Shown here: piece after piece, positions 9,479 to 18,091 of the stretch
Position numbering within the stretch: position 1 is the first letter of the stretch
Layout: each line of letters begins with the position of its first letter
Assembly: GCA_963733095.1 (NCBI GenBank)
Contig: CAVTBV010000012.1
Coordinates: 64,001-128,000 of the forward strand
DNA: 64,000 bases
Source: Candidatus Bathyarchaeota archaeon
GTDB taxonomy: Archaea; Thermoproteota; Bathyarchaeia; Bathyarchaeales; Bathycorpusculaceae
Reading direction: 5' to 3'
Notes under the pieces: model-generated
Told to the model about the DNA's origin: nothing
Databases searched by the model: none
What the model saw: only the letters and a program-made list of their open reading frames with translations
Made by a program: the position numbers and the translations under genes

Positions 9479-11317
9479 TTATTTTTTGGGTTTCTCAGGT
9501 GCTTCTTTTTCAGGCTTAATTTCCATTTTCTCGGGTTTGCTGGTTTTGGTGTAGTAGTATTCGCCGATGCCCTTCTGGAACTTATCCATCTGCGAGTCTT
9601 CTTTGTTTACTCGTGGACGGAAAGTTACTGAGTCCCGTCTGAACGTGATATCCATTTCCTTGAGAAAAGTATTCATGCCTTGTCTTAGAGTGGTTGGTGG
9701 ATGTGCTAAGCCGCTGGTGCCTGGTTCACCTTTGAAAACCATCAAGCGGTCAGCTATGAAGTCTTGGGTGACAACGTCGTGTTCAACTACAAAAGCTGGG
9801 ATGCCATGGGCTTCTACTACGCGCCGCAGCGTTTTTGCAACGTTCAAGCGTTCCTCAACGTCTAGGTATGCACTTGGCTCGTCAAGCAGGAATAAATCAG
9901 TTTTGCGGCTTAGACACGCGGCAACTGCAACTTTTTGGAGTTCTCCACCGCTGAGCTCCATTACATTCTTATCCATTAAGACCTGAAGTCGAAGCGGCTG
10001 GGCAATCTCGGTTTTGTACCAGCTTGAAGCAAAGTTTTCCTTAGCGACATCCATGAGCAGTTCTTGCACCGAACCCTCGTAGTCAGGCGCAATGTACTGG
10101 GGCTTGTAGCTTACAGTTAATTTGCTCAGTTGACGTTTATCGTCTGTTTCTTCTAAGCCTGCTAAAATCTTGACAAACGTGGTTTTTCCGATGCCGTTGG
10201 GTCCCAGGATGCCAATGATTTCGCCTGTTTTTATTTCTCCTGGTTCTATGGCAAGTTTGAAGCCTTTGAATGTTTTCTCCATCTTTTCCCATTTGAGCAG
10301 GGGTTCACCGATCATTTCTCCTGCGTTTGGGGGTTTTTCATGGAAGACTATGGCTTCTTTGCGGAACATAATGTTCTCGTCTGGGATGTAGCCCTGAAGG
10401 TAAATGTTGATGCCTGTTCGAACGCCATGGGTATGTGAGACGACGCCGTAGACGCTTGGTTCACCGTAGAAGACGCAGATTTGGTCAGATAAGTAGTCAA
10501 TGATTGCTAAGTCATGCTCGGCGACAACGATTGTTTTCTGTTGCTCTTTGAGGCTACGAATTGTTCTTGCAACCACAAGCCTCTGCTTAACATCTAAGTA
10601 GCTGGAGGGTTCATCGAAAAGGTACACATCAGCTTCCCGACTAAGCGCCGCCGCAACCGCAACCCGCTGAAGTTCCCCACCGCTAAGCACATCGAGCGGT
10701 CTATCCCAAATCTTCTTGAGCTCCAACTCTTCGGCAATCGCATCAAGCTGTTTGCGTTCATCAACCTTTTCCAAGAGATCACCAGCTTTACCCGATACCG
10801 CCTTGGGAATTTTGTCGACGTACTGGGGTTTGCTGCTGACTTTAAGTTTCTTTTCGCTTAGTTTCTGGAAGTAATCCTGAAGGCTTGAACCTCGATAATA
10901 TTGAATAATCTCAGGCCACTCTGGTGGGTCATCGAACCTTCCTAGGTTAGGTTTGATTTCACCTGAGAAAACTTTGAGCGTTGTGCTTTTGCCGATACCG
11001 TTTTGTCCCAGCAACCCCAAAACTGTTCCTGGCGAGGGCATGGGTAGGCGGAATAGTTTGAAGCTGTTGGCGCTGAAACGGTGGCTGCAATCCTTCTCAA
11101 GTTCGTCAGGCAAGTTGACAATGCTGATGGCTTTGAAGGGGCATTTTTTGACGCAGATTCCACAGCCGCTGCAAAGGGTTTCCGCTATGACTGCTTTGTT
11201 CCCTTCAACTTTTATGGCTTCCACTCTGCTGCGCACCATTGGGCAAAAGCTAACGCAGAGTGAATTACATTTTTTGACTTTGCACTTGTCTTCGTTTAAT
11301 ACAGCGATTCTGGTCAT
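9479..11317 (-). CDS. rli: Ribosome recycling ATPase ABCE1/RLI
   Basis: N-terminal 2x[4Fe-4S] Cys motifs, two NBDs (GQNGIGKS, GPNGIGKT, LSGGELQ, DEPS); ATG 11317. Confidence 0.97.
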   Translation of the reverse strand: MTRIAVLNEDKCKVKKCNSLCVSFCPMVRSRVEAIKVEGNKAVIAETLCSGCGICVKKCPFKAISIVNLPDELEKDCSHRFSANSFKLFRLPMPSPGTVLGLLGQNGIGKSTTLKVFSGEIKPNLGRFDDPPEWPEIIQYYRGSSLQDYFQKLSEKKLKVSSKPQYVDKIPKAVSGKAGDLLEKVDERKQLDAIAEELELKKIWDRPLDVLSGGELQRVAVAAALSREADVYLFDEPSSYLDVKQRLVVARTIRSLKEQQKTIVVAEHDLAIIDYLSDQICVFYGEPSVYGVVSHTHGVRTGINIYLQGYIPDENIMFRKEAIVFHEKPPNAGEMIGEPLLKWEKMEKTFKGFKLAIEPGEIKTGEIIGILGPNGIGKTTFVKILAGLEETDDKRQLSKLTVSYKPQYIAPDYEGSVQELLMDVAKENFASSWYKTEIAQPLRLQVLMDKNVMELSGGELQKVAVAACLSRKTDLFLLDEPSAYLDVEERLNVAKTLRRVVEAHGIPAFVVEHDVVTQDFIADRLMVFKGEPGTSGLAHPPTTLRQGMNTFLKEMDITFRRDSVTFRPRVNKEDSQMDKFQKGIGEYYYTKTSKPEKMEIKPEKEAPEKPKK

Positions 11318-11487
11318 TGTAGAGTCGTTTAATGATGCCTGCAAGATAGTTATAAATGTAAACCTTGAGGAAAAAAGAAAACAAAAATACTAAGCGTCTT
11401 TTTCATCGGTTAAAAATACCTCAAAAACTTTCGGGGAAAAATCAAACTTAAAAGAAGATATACAAGGTGTGGTTTAGGCGTTTTATT

Positions 11488-11556
11488 TTACCATTCTTCT
11501 TCTTCCCATTCTTCATCTTCGCCTTCTTCCCATTCATCTTCTTCTTCGAATATCAT
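11488..11556 (-). CDS. 22-aa highly acidic Trp-rich microprotein MIFEEEDEWEEGEDEEWEEEEW
   Basis: ATG...TAA ORF preceded by GGAGGTGA (11565-11572) and BRE/TATA-like AAACGCTTAAACC (~11608-11620); too short for the ORF track. Confidence 0.75.
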   Translation of the reverse strand: MIFEEEDEWEEGEDEEWEEEEW

Positions 11557-11757
11557 TCCTTTTTTCACCTCCAAACAAGACCGTATAAGCTACCGTACTC
11601 TACGAGGGGTTTAAGCGTTTAGATTCGTCAAATGACGTTAAACGTAAACCCAGTCTTGGGCTAGAACATGGGTTATGCACAAATTTTTCTACAAAATTTT
11701 GGAATTTTCCGTGCGGTAATCTCTTATAAAAAGTCTCGACAAATACACCCAAGAGGA

Positions 11758-12295
11758 ATGGTTATAAGAAGAATATTCAAAATAATCCACGCTATATTGC
11801 GGTATTGATAATTATAATAGTAGCATTTGGAGCAGTAATAGTCTTAGACGTGGCGGCTTAGACTACAACTGGTTTCAAAACCTTAAACACCAACAGGAAC
11901 CTCTATAGGAAAAGCCCGGCTTATCGGGAACCGTAAAAGGCGTCGCCGATAAGGTTACTATTGACTTGCAGACGAAAGGTTTCAATGTCACAGAGGCAGG
12001 GGTAAAAAGCTCAGCCGCAACCCACATCGTGGACTATAACATTGCAGTTGTCGGGGGTCCAGTTTACGCAGGTGCACTAATTAAAGACAAAATGAACGAC
12101 TTATCCATTACTCAGGGCACCAAAGTCGGCGTTTTCGGAAGCGGACAAGGTGCAACTTCATCAGATGATATCACCCTAATTTAGCAGTCAATACCAATCA
12201 ACGCTGGAATCTCAAATGCGATTGTCGTGAAAATCGGCAGCAGCGAAGACCTCAATACACGAGCCCAAGACTTTGTAAATCAACTTCTAACCTAA
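11758..12295 (+). pseudogene. Degraded membrane-anchored flavodoxin-like gene
   Basis: Hydrophobic N-terminus, YNIAVVGGPVYAG and KVGVFGSG flavodoxin-like segments; frameshifts and in-frame TAG stops (e.g. 12182). Confidence 0.6.
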
Positions 12296-12587
12296 AAACC
12301 ACCAACCCTTTCTTTCTTATCATATTTTGTTATTCTATCATATCAAAATAGATAAATCCCAACAATGAACATTAAGGTGGGAATGATGTGAGGCGACGGC
12401 TTCGAGCTATAGCTGTGAGAAAACGTCAATCAACACTGACCCATAAACTCTACAGTTTTGAATCGCTCATTAGTGAGCCTATAGTCCAAGAATTTTCTGA
12501 ATGCCCCAATGTAATAAGCCATAACAAGCATTTTGACTATTGTATAGGAATAATCCATATAATATTTAAGGAAGACACACAAAATAA

Positions 12588-13094
12588 GTGTGTGAGGCCA
12601 GAAAAATAAAAGCAGCGTTGCTAGCACCGCTATATCTTTCCATGTCGTGGATACTCACGGTAAGTTACCAACTGTTTACCGATACAGCAGTTAAGTCAAT
12701 CGCATCATACGCTAACTTTTGGATGCCATCAGCCGGCGCATGGTTAAATTCGAATGTCGCAACCGTTGTTTTTATCTATGCTTTCACTTGGATTTTTGTG
12801 TTATCTTCCGTTATACCCTCGGTGATTCTTGGAAAAGAGAGAAGCGTACTAATTCAATACCTTGTTGTCTTAACTCTCACCCTGTTGGCTTTCTACATGG
12901 CGGATATACTTCAAATTGTTGCAGGGATCAATATAACCGACTTGCTTGCCGCTGCCACATTTCTCACTAACCCAATTTTGGCTGTCTTCTACTTGGCAGT
13001 ACCCTACATTTTTATGATTGGTTTAGATATTAGGGCCAGAAAAGCTGCTAAGGGCAGAAAACAGCTAAATAAAATAGTTAAACGACTCAGTTAA
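12588..13094 (+). CDS. Hypothetical integral membrane protein (~4 TM)
   Basis: 168-aa ORF with four hydrophobic segments and a basic C-tail. Confidence 0.7.
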   Translation: MCEARKIKAALLAPLYLSMSWILTVSYQLFTDTAVKSIASYANFWMPSAGAWLNSNVATVVFIYAFTWIFVLSSVIPSVILGKERSVLIQYLVVLTLTLLAFYMADILQIVAGINITDLLAAATFLTNPILAVFYLAVPYIFMIGLDIRARKAAKGRKQLNKIVKRLS

Positions 13095-13107
13095 TCAGAA
13101 GAATATC

Positions 13108-13443
13108 TTACTTTTTGCGCATGTTACATTGGAGCACTTTGGGACAAATTAAACATTCGTCTTGCGTTAAGGTGCTTCCCGGTGGGGCGTTTAAGAGCCC
13201 ATTAAAATGTGCACATTTAGCGGGTGAATCAAAAACCCTCGGGTACTCCGTTGGTTTTACACTTACAATCTTTCCTTTAGCGGTCTCTAACTCTAACCTT
13301 GACATGCAGAATGGACAAGCATAATGAGTTTGGCGCGGAAGGACAGAATCATCCGTAATCATAGTTGGCTTATCAAATTGTTTTTCGCAGCCTTTATATG
13401 GACACTTGAGTTTTTCGTCGTGGTGTCCATGGAAAAGTGGCAT
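13108..13443 (-). CDS. Cys-rich hypothetical (zinc-finger) protein
   Basis: CPYKGC, YACPFC, CAH, CLICPKVLQC; ATG 13443 after GGAGGCGA SD. Confidence 0.75.
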   Translation of the reverse strand: MPLFHGHHDEKLKCPYKGCEKQFDKPTMITDDSVLPRQTHYACPFCMSRLELETAKGKIVSVKPTEYPRVFDSPAKCAHFNGLLNAPPGSTLTQDECLICPKVLQCNMRKK

Positions 13444-13549
13444 GTCAATCGCCTCCGGTATAAACTTAATAAAAATGGCATTTTTTAATAAAGATTTCCT
13501 AGAAGCAAACGCCGAGTCTTTACTGTACAACACAACTGCAGAAAGAGCC

Positions 13550-14130
13550 AGACCAGCCGAAGAAGATCTCTAGTCCCCCGAAACAAACAAAATTATTCTC
13601 TAGAAACGCTTCCTCAACAAGTTACCTGCCGCAAAAAGAGAGATGAAACAACTAAGAAAAAGAACCATCAAAAAAGCCTTAAAAAAAAACCTCACCGTTA
13701 AGATACCACGATTTTAAAGAATTCATGAAAATCAGCGAAGAAATCCTAAAAGAAAGACACGCAACAAAATCTGTGTATCCTAACGAGGAAATCTAACGCT
13801 TAACAAACTAATTCCCAGATAACATAAAATTATTCGCTGCCTACAAGGACGATGTTATGTTGGCAGACGTCGTCATGTATGAAAATAAACATGCTGCCCA
13901 CGCTCAATACGCAGCTAATCAAGACAAGGATGGGATTTTGGTGCAGAAGACTTAATCCTTGATTACCTCATACATGAATATTACAAAGATAGCATACTTT
14001 GATTTTGGCATTTCAAACTAGAAAATAGGGCAGGCAGTGCTATCCAAGGTTTTGAACAACGGCTTCATAAGCTACAAAGAAGGCTTGGAGCAAGATCCGT
14101 CAAATACGATTTATATTCATTAACCATCCA
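13550..14130 (+). pseudogene. Degraded GNAT/FemAB-like acetyltransferase
   Basis: Fragments FPDNIKLFAAYKD, HAQYAAN, EDLILDYLI, YFDFGIS, SYKEG read across stops and frameshifts. Confidence 0.7.
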
Positions 14131-14140
14131 AGAGTTGAAG

Positions 14141-14217
14141 TGGAGCCTCGAGCGGGCCTTGCTCCCGCGGCCTGCTGCTTACGAGGCAGCCGCTCTACTG
14201 GGCTGAGCTATCGAGGC
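14141..14217 (-). tRNA. tRNA-Thr(CGU) with non-canonical D/T loops
   Basis: Identical to the 2693-2769 gene except the wobble base (CGT); encoded CCA; GAAAC-TTTAAAAA BRE/TATA upstream. Confidence 0.92.
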
Positions 14218-14315
14218 GCTAATAACGCTAAACAACACGAAACCAATTTTTAAAGTTTCACAAACCCCAACCTTAAAAGCAACAAACAACCCATAAAAGA
14301 TAGAGTATAATCCAA

Positions 14316-15347
14316 ATGTCCCCACACAAAACCTCAACAGCCAAAAATCTGGGCGAACACAGAATAATCGAAATCATTCAAAACCACCTCACTCCCATGC
14401 CCAACATGCCTGTTCCGTTTGGAGACGACGTTTCCGCAGTTACCATCAATCAAAACCAGGTCGCTGTGCTAAAAACCGACATGTTAGTAGCTAAGACCGA
14501 TGTCCCTGACGAAATGTCTCTCTTCCAAGCTGCAAGAAAAGCCTTAATCATGAACATCAGCGATTTCGCTTCAAAAGGTGTCCGGCCCACAGCGGCGCTT
14601 GTTGCTTTGGGGTTACCTGCTAACTTTAACCAAAAAAACATCGAAGAAATAGGATACGGCTTGAATGCCGGAGCTCAAGAATACGGCGCGTACATAATCG
14701 GCGGCGACACAAGTGAAACCTCCGACTTAATTATTTCAATCTCGCTCTATGGTACGGCAGACCAGTCGGCCTTGATACTGCGAAGCGGCGCAAAACCCGG
14801 CGAAATTTTGGCAGTTACAGGTTTTTTCGGCAAATCAGCGGCAGGGTTACGTTTACTACTTGGCGGATGTTTAACTTTCAAGAACGCAAAATCCCTCTTA
14901 GATGCAGTTTTTATGCCCAAAGCAAGGCTAGCGGAGGGTTTGGCGCTTGGCGGTTGCAGTGCGGTTTCGGCGTCTATGGATTCCAGCGATGGTTTAGCTT
15001 GGACTCTGCATGAGCTTGCGCGTTTGAGTAACGTAGGATTTGAACTTGACAAGGTCCCAGTTGCTCCAGAAGTTAAGCGATTTGCAGAGCTGAACAGTCT
15101 TGACGCGTCTGAATTGGCGCTTTACGGCGGCGAAGAATACGAGTTAGTCGTAACTGTTAAGCCTGAAGGATGGGCTACGGCGGTGGCAGCTGTGGAAGCA
15201 GCAGGCGGACAATTATTGCCCATAGGAAAAACAATAGAGCCAAAACAAATTTCGTTAAAAACCGATGGCAAGCATGTTCCGATTGAGGTGCGTGGTTTTG
15301 AACACTTCAAGAGCCAAATTGAGCCTTCTGGTCCAAAGTATAATTAA
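14316..15347 (+). CDS. thiL: Thiamine-monophosphate kinase
   Basis: GE..II, GDD, KTDML, NISD.ASKG, GGDT, MDSSDGL, GGEEYEL. Confidence 0.95.
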   Translation: MSPHKTSTAKNLGEHRIIEIIQNHLTPMPNMPVPFGDDVSAVTINQNQVAVLKTDMLVAKTDVPDEMSLFQAARKALIMNISDFASKGVRPTAALVALGLPANFNQKNIEEIGYGLNAGAQEYGAYIIGGDTSETSDLIISISLYGTADQSALILRSGAKPGEILAVTGFFGKSAAGLRLLLGGCLTFKNAKSLLDAVFMPKARLAEGLALGGCSAVSASMDSSDGLAWTLHELARLSNVGFELDKVPVAPEVKRFAELNSLDASELALYGGEEYELVVTVKPEGWATAVAAVEAAGGQLLPIGKTIEPKQISLKTDGKHVPIEVRGFEHFKSQIEPSGPKYN

Positions 15348-15885
15348 TTATGGTAATACACGAGGCTGCCAAGTACGGTGTTTTTCCTAGGCTGATTTTT
15401 TCTCCAAATCGCTGGGCAAAGAGTTCGGCTTTTTTGGGTAGGCCAACGTGGTCGCCGAGAATGAAAAGGCTGTTTTCTGCAAGTTGAATTTGGGTTATGT
15501 CCTTGCCGTCTTCCTCAAGTACATAGATTTTGTGTGTTTGTGCTTTGGCTTTGAGGAGGGCTTCGAAGCTTGTTTTGTCCTTGGTTATGCCCGGGTGGGG
15601 TTTTCCGGAGAGTATTTTTTTCAGGATTACTTGCCAGGTGCCCATGTCTGTGCGCACGTCATAGAGTGTTTCTCCGTTGATTTGGATGTGGATAGGCGGG
15701 TTTGGCGGACCATTTAAGATGGCGTGGAAAGTCACGTCCCTGCGCAATCCATGAGAAAGAAACAGGCTACTAACGATGCATTCGTGGGCTATGTCGAGTC
15801 TGCCAGCATCGTGGAGGCTTTGGAAGTTTGAGTCAGTTTGACCTATACGTGAGAAAAGGATGAATTCCCGCAGCAACACAGTCAC
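15307..15885 (-). CDS. trmY: tRNA (pseudouridine54-N1)-methyltransferase (SPOUT)
   Basis: REFI, AGRLDI...CI.SSLFLSHGLRRDV, FILGDHVG, ISLG..PYLA.SCI. Confidence 0.9.
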   Translation of the reverse strand: MTVLLREFILFSRIGQTDSNFQSLHDAGRLDIAHECIVSSLFLSHGLRRDVTFHAILNGPPNPPIHIQINGETLYDVRTDMGTWQVILKKILSGKPHPGITKDKTSFEALLKAKAQTHKIYVLEEDGKDITQIQLAENSLFILGDHVGLPKKAELFAQRFGEKISLGKTPYLAASCITIINYTLDQKAQFGS

Positions 15886-16219
15886 GCATACAGCTATACG
15901 CTGGTTGCTTTAAAGCGCTTTCCTGCAGAAAATTATGGATTCTGGATAGCAATACCTCTTCATGTAGCAAGAGACAAATAACCCTGGTTTTTGAAATTCT
16001 ATTGCTCTAAAAAAACAGCCATTACACCTTTCACTTTTAGGGAAGTATCCTACCATCTATCGTTTCTGCGATGAACCACTATTTGGATTCTAATATGCCA
16101 TGATAAATTCAATTTCCAAAAAATTGTCCAACAAACTCGCAGTCCCTAAACCCAAAAAGCTGTGGATGCGTGGCTAAGGTTTTTATGGTTCTTGCGAAAT
16201 TATGTTCACTACACCCAGT

Positions 16220-16297
16220 GGGGCTCTCGGCTAGCTTGGTCTAGGCTTGTAGACTTGGGCTCTATAGACTCCGGTTCAAATCCGGGGAGCCCCACCA
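16220..16297 (+). tRNA. tRNA-Pro(UGG)
   Basis: GGGGCTC/GAGCCCC acceptor, GTAGA-CT TGG GC-TCTAT anticodon arm, canonical TTCAAAT T-loop, encoded CCA. Confidence 0.95.
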
Positions 16298-16418
16298 TTC
16301 GATTTTACTTCTGTTAAAGCTTATCTTCCTCGAACCTTTCAATTATTCTTTGTCAAGAACAGACGCTACAAAAACTTTTTAAAAATTAAAATATCTTACC
16401 TTAAAGGGGAGAACACCG

Positions 16419-16763
16419 TTGCTGTTTAAACACAAAAATGAACCTCAAACAAAACTTTATGTAGACTTGGGTGATTTGCAGAACGAAAAGGAACACCTGA
16501 GTAGCTTTATTCAATTACACCTAAAAGTTGCCATATCCCAAGCCGGTGAAAAAATGGCAGTGGACTCAGAGAAGGTATCCCTACATGAGCTGCAGCATGT
16601 AGTGAACAAGTTTGTTTACCATCGAGACCTAAACGTCACTCACTGGGTCTCCGTTGAAGGTTCAACTGTGAAAATTAACAGGTTTAAGGGCAAAGATAAG
16701 AAAAAAGAGAGCCATCAGAAGGAACCGCCGCATCAAACTGCTGCTCAAAGTTGGGGTCTTTAA
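16419..16763 (+). CDS. Hypothetical protein, possibly divergent eL22-like fold
   Basis: YVDLGDL...HLSSFI...VSLHELQHVVNKFVYHRDL...WVSV pattern resembles L22e by eye. Confidence 0.45.
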   Translation: MLFKHKNEPQTKLYVDLGDLQNEKEHLSSFIQLHLKVAISQAGEKMAVDSEKVSLHELQHVVNKFVYHRDLNVTHWVSVEGSTVKINRFKGKDKKKESHQKEPPHQTAAQSWGL

Positions 16764-17030
16764 AAAACAGTCTTAAATTCGTTAGTAAACGATGGTTCAC
16801 TGTGGATCTGACAGCAAAACAAGCCGCGGCCTCCAAATAGGGATATTGATGAAAAGTTTGGTCTTTCAATTCGGTCGGAGATGCCCCAACTTTCGTAAAT
16901 TAGTTTTTTTAATTGCTTGAATGAACAAGGCAACTTAAAGTTCTCAAATATAGTCAGTCGACGATTCCGAATTTTTTGCGACCGCAAATCTTAAAACTAT
17001 GTCGAGTTTAATGTTGTTTGAGGAATTCTG

Positions 17031-17396
17031 ATGGTTTACTGTAGCAAATGTGGTACGCAAAATCCCGATACCAACATTCACTGCACAAACTGCGGCGCTC
17101 CCCTCTACACGGTTGGGCAACGTTACCCGGGTAACGACCGAGAACATTACCGTCGGGTAGAAAACGAATGCTTTGGCTTGCCCAACGGCGGTATGATTGT
17201 AGGCACCGTTTTCGGTGTCATCATAATCCTTGTTGGGTCAGGTTTGTTCTTGCAAGCTACCTACGGCATAAATATAGATTTCTGGCAGTATATTTGGCCG
17301 TTCATAATAATTATTTTCGGCGTACTCATCTTGCTAGGCGCACTTAATAGGCAAAGACGACACAGCGAACGCCCCTCTAACCCGCCTGCACCCTAA
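17031..17396 (+). CDS. Zinc-ribbon membrane protein (LiaF/DUF5668-like TM pair)
   Basis: YCSKCG..N....HCTNCGAPL plus two TMs with IWPFIIIIFG. Confidence 0.8.
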   Translation: MVYCSKCGTQNPDTNIHCTNCGAPLYTVGQRYPGNDREHYRRVENECFGLPNGGMIVGTVFGVIIILVGSGLFLQATYGINIDFWQYIWPFIIIIFGVLILLGALNRQRRHSERPSNPPAP

Positions 17397-18082
17397 ATGC
17401 AGTGTCCGCATTCTACACAGGTTCTTTTATTGTTCCACTCTGAGAGTAAAATCCTAAACAACAACATAAATACAATTAACCCTAGCACATAGGCATCGAC
17501 CAATATACTCTGCCCAACCGAATCCACCACAACCAAACTAATCAACGAACCAACAACAAACAAGGCGTTCACTATTATCTTGACGTAACCACTCATCTTT
17601 ATCTGCGCCAAACCCACAAGTATCATCGTTTCTCCAACCACCAAAATCCAAAGACTTCCAATATCCAAAGTAAGAAAACCTAAAGAAAACAAAACTGCAC
17701 CTCCCAAGGCAACTATTGCCCCCCCCAACAAACCGCCGCATGCAGCACAAAAAACCGAACCTCCAAGAGTAATCCTATTACCAGAGAACTTCTCGCAGTT
17801 AGGATGGTGTCCTTTAAACTGCACTGTTGAAGAAGATTCGGTAGAGTTAGAAGAAACAATCGGTTTTTTGAATATCATGCGGCATTTGCCAGGATAAAAC
17901 ACCGCCACAACGCCCACGATACATAATACACTGAAAACGGCGCCGACGATTGGACGTCGGAAAGGTGACGGGTCTGGTTGTAGGTTAGGTTGAAGCAGAA
18001 GAAGCGGAACCAACGCCAATCCACAAACTGTAACAATCAGCAAAAACAATGGAAAAAATTTTGAAGACACAGGTTTCTGCAA
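17393..18082 (-). CDS. Hypothetical multi-pass membrane protein with Cys/His motifs
   Basis: GHHPNC, FCAAC, CVEC motifs and ~6 hydrophobic segments. Confidence 0.7.
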   Translation of the reverse strand: MQKPVSSKFFPLFLLIVTVCGLALVPLLLLQPNLQPDPSPFRRPIVGAVFSVLCIVGVVAVFYPGKCRMIFKKPIVSSNSTESSSTVQFKGHHPNCEKFSGNRITLGGSVFCAACGGLLGGAIVALGGAVLFSLGFLTLDIGSLWILVVGETMILVGLAQIKMSGYVKIIVNALFVVGSLISLVVVDSVGQSILVDAYVLGLIVFMLLFRILLSEWNNKRTCVECGHCI

Positions 18083-18091
18083 AGTTTTCGC

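Noticed and set aside
12182-12184. In-frame TAG codons (also 37928) as pyrrolysine read-through
   Set aside because: The same genes have frameshifts and other lesions, and no pyl genes are in the window
2693-14217. 11.4-kb segment flanked by near-identical direct tRNA-Thr copies as an integrated island
   Set aside because: Both copies are full-length with different anticodons and their own promoters, and the interval holds core genes top6A/B and ABCE1 with no integrase
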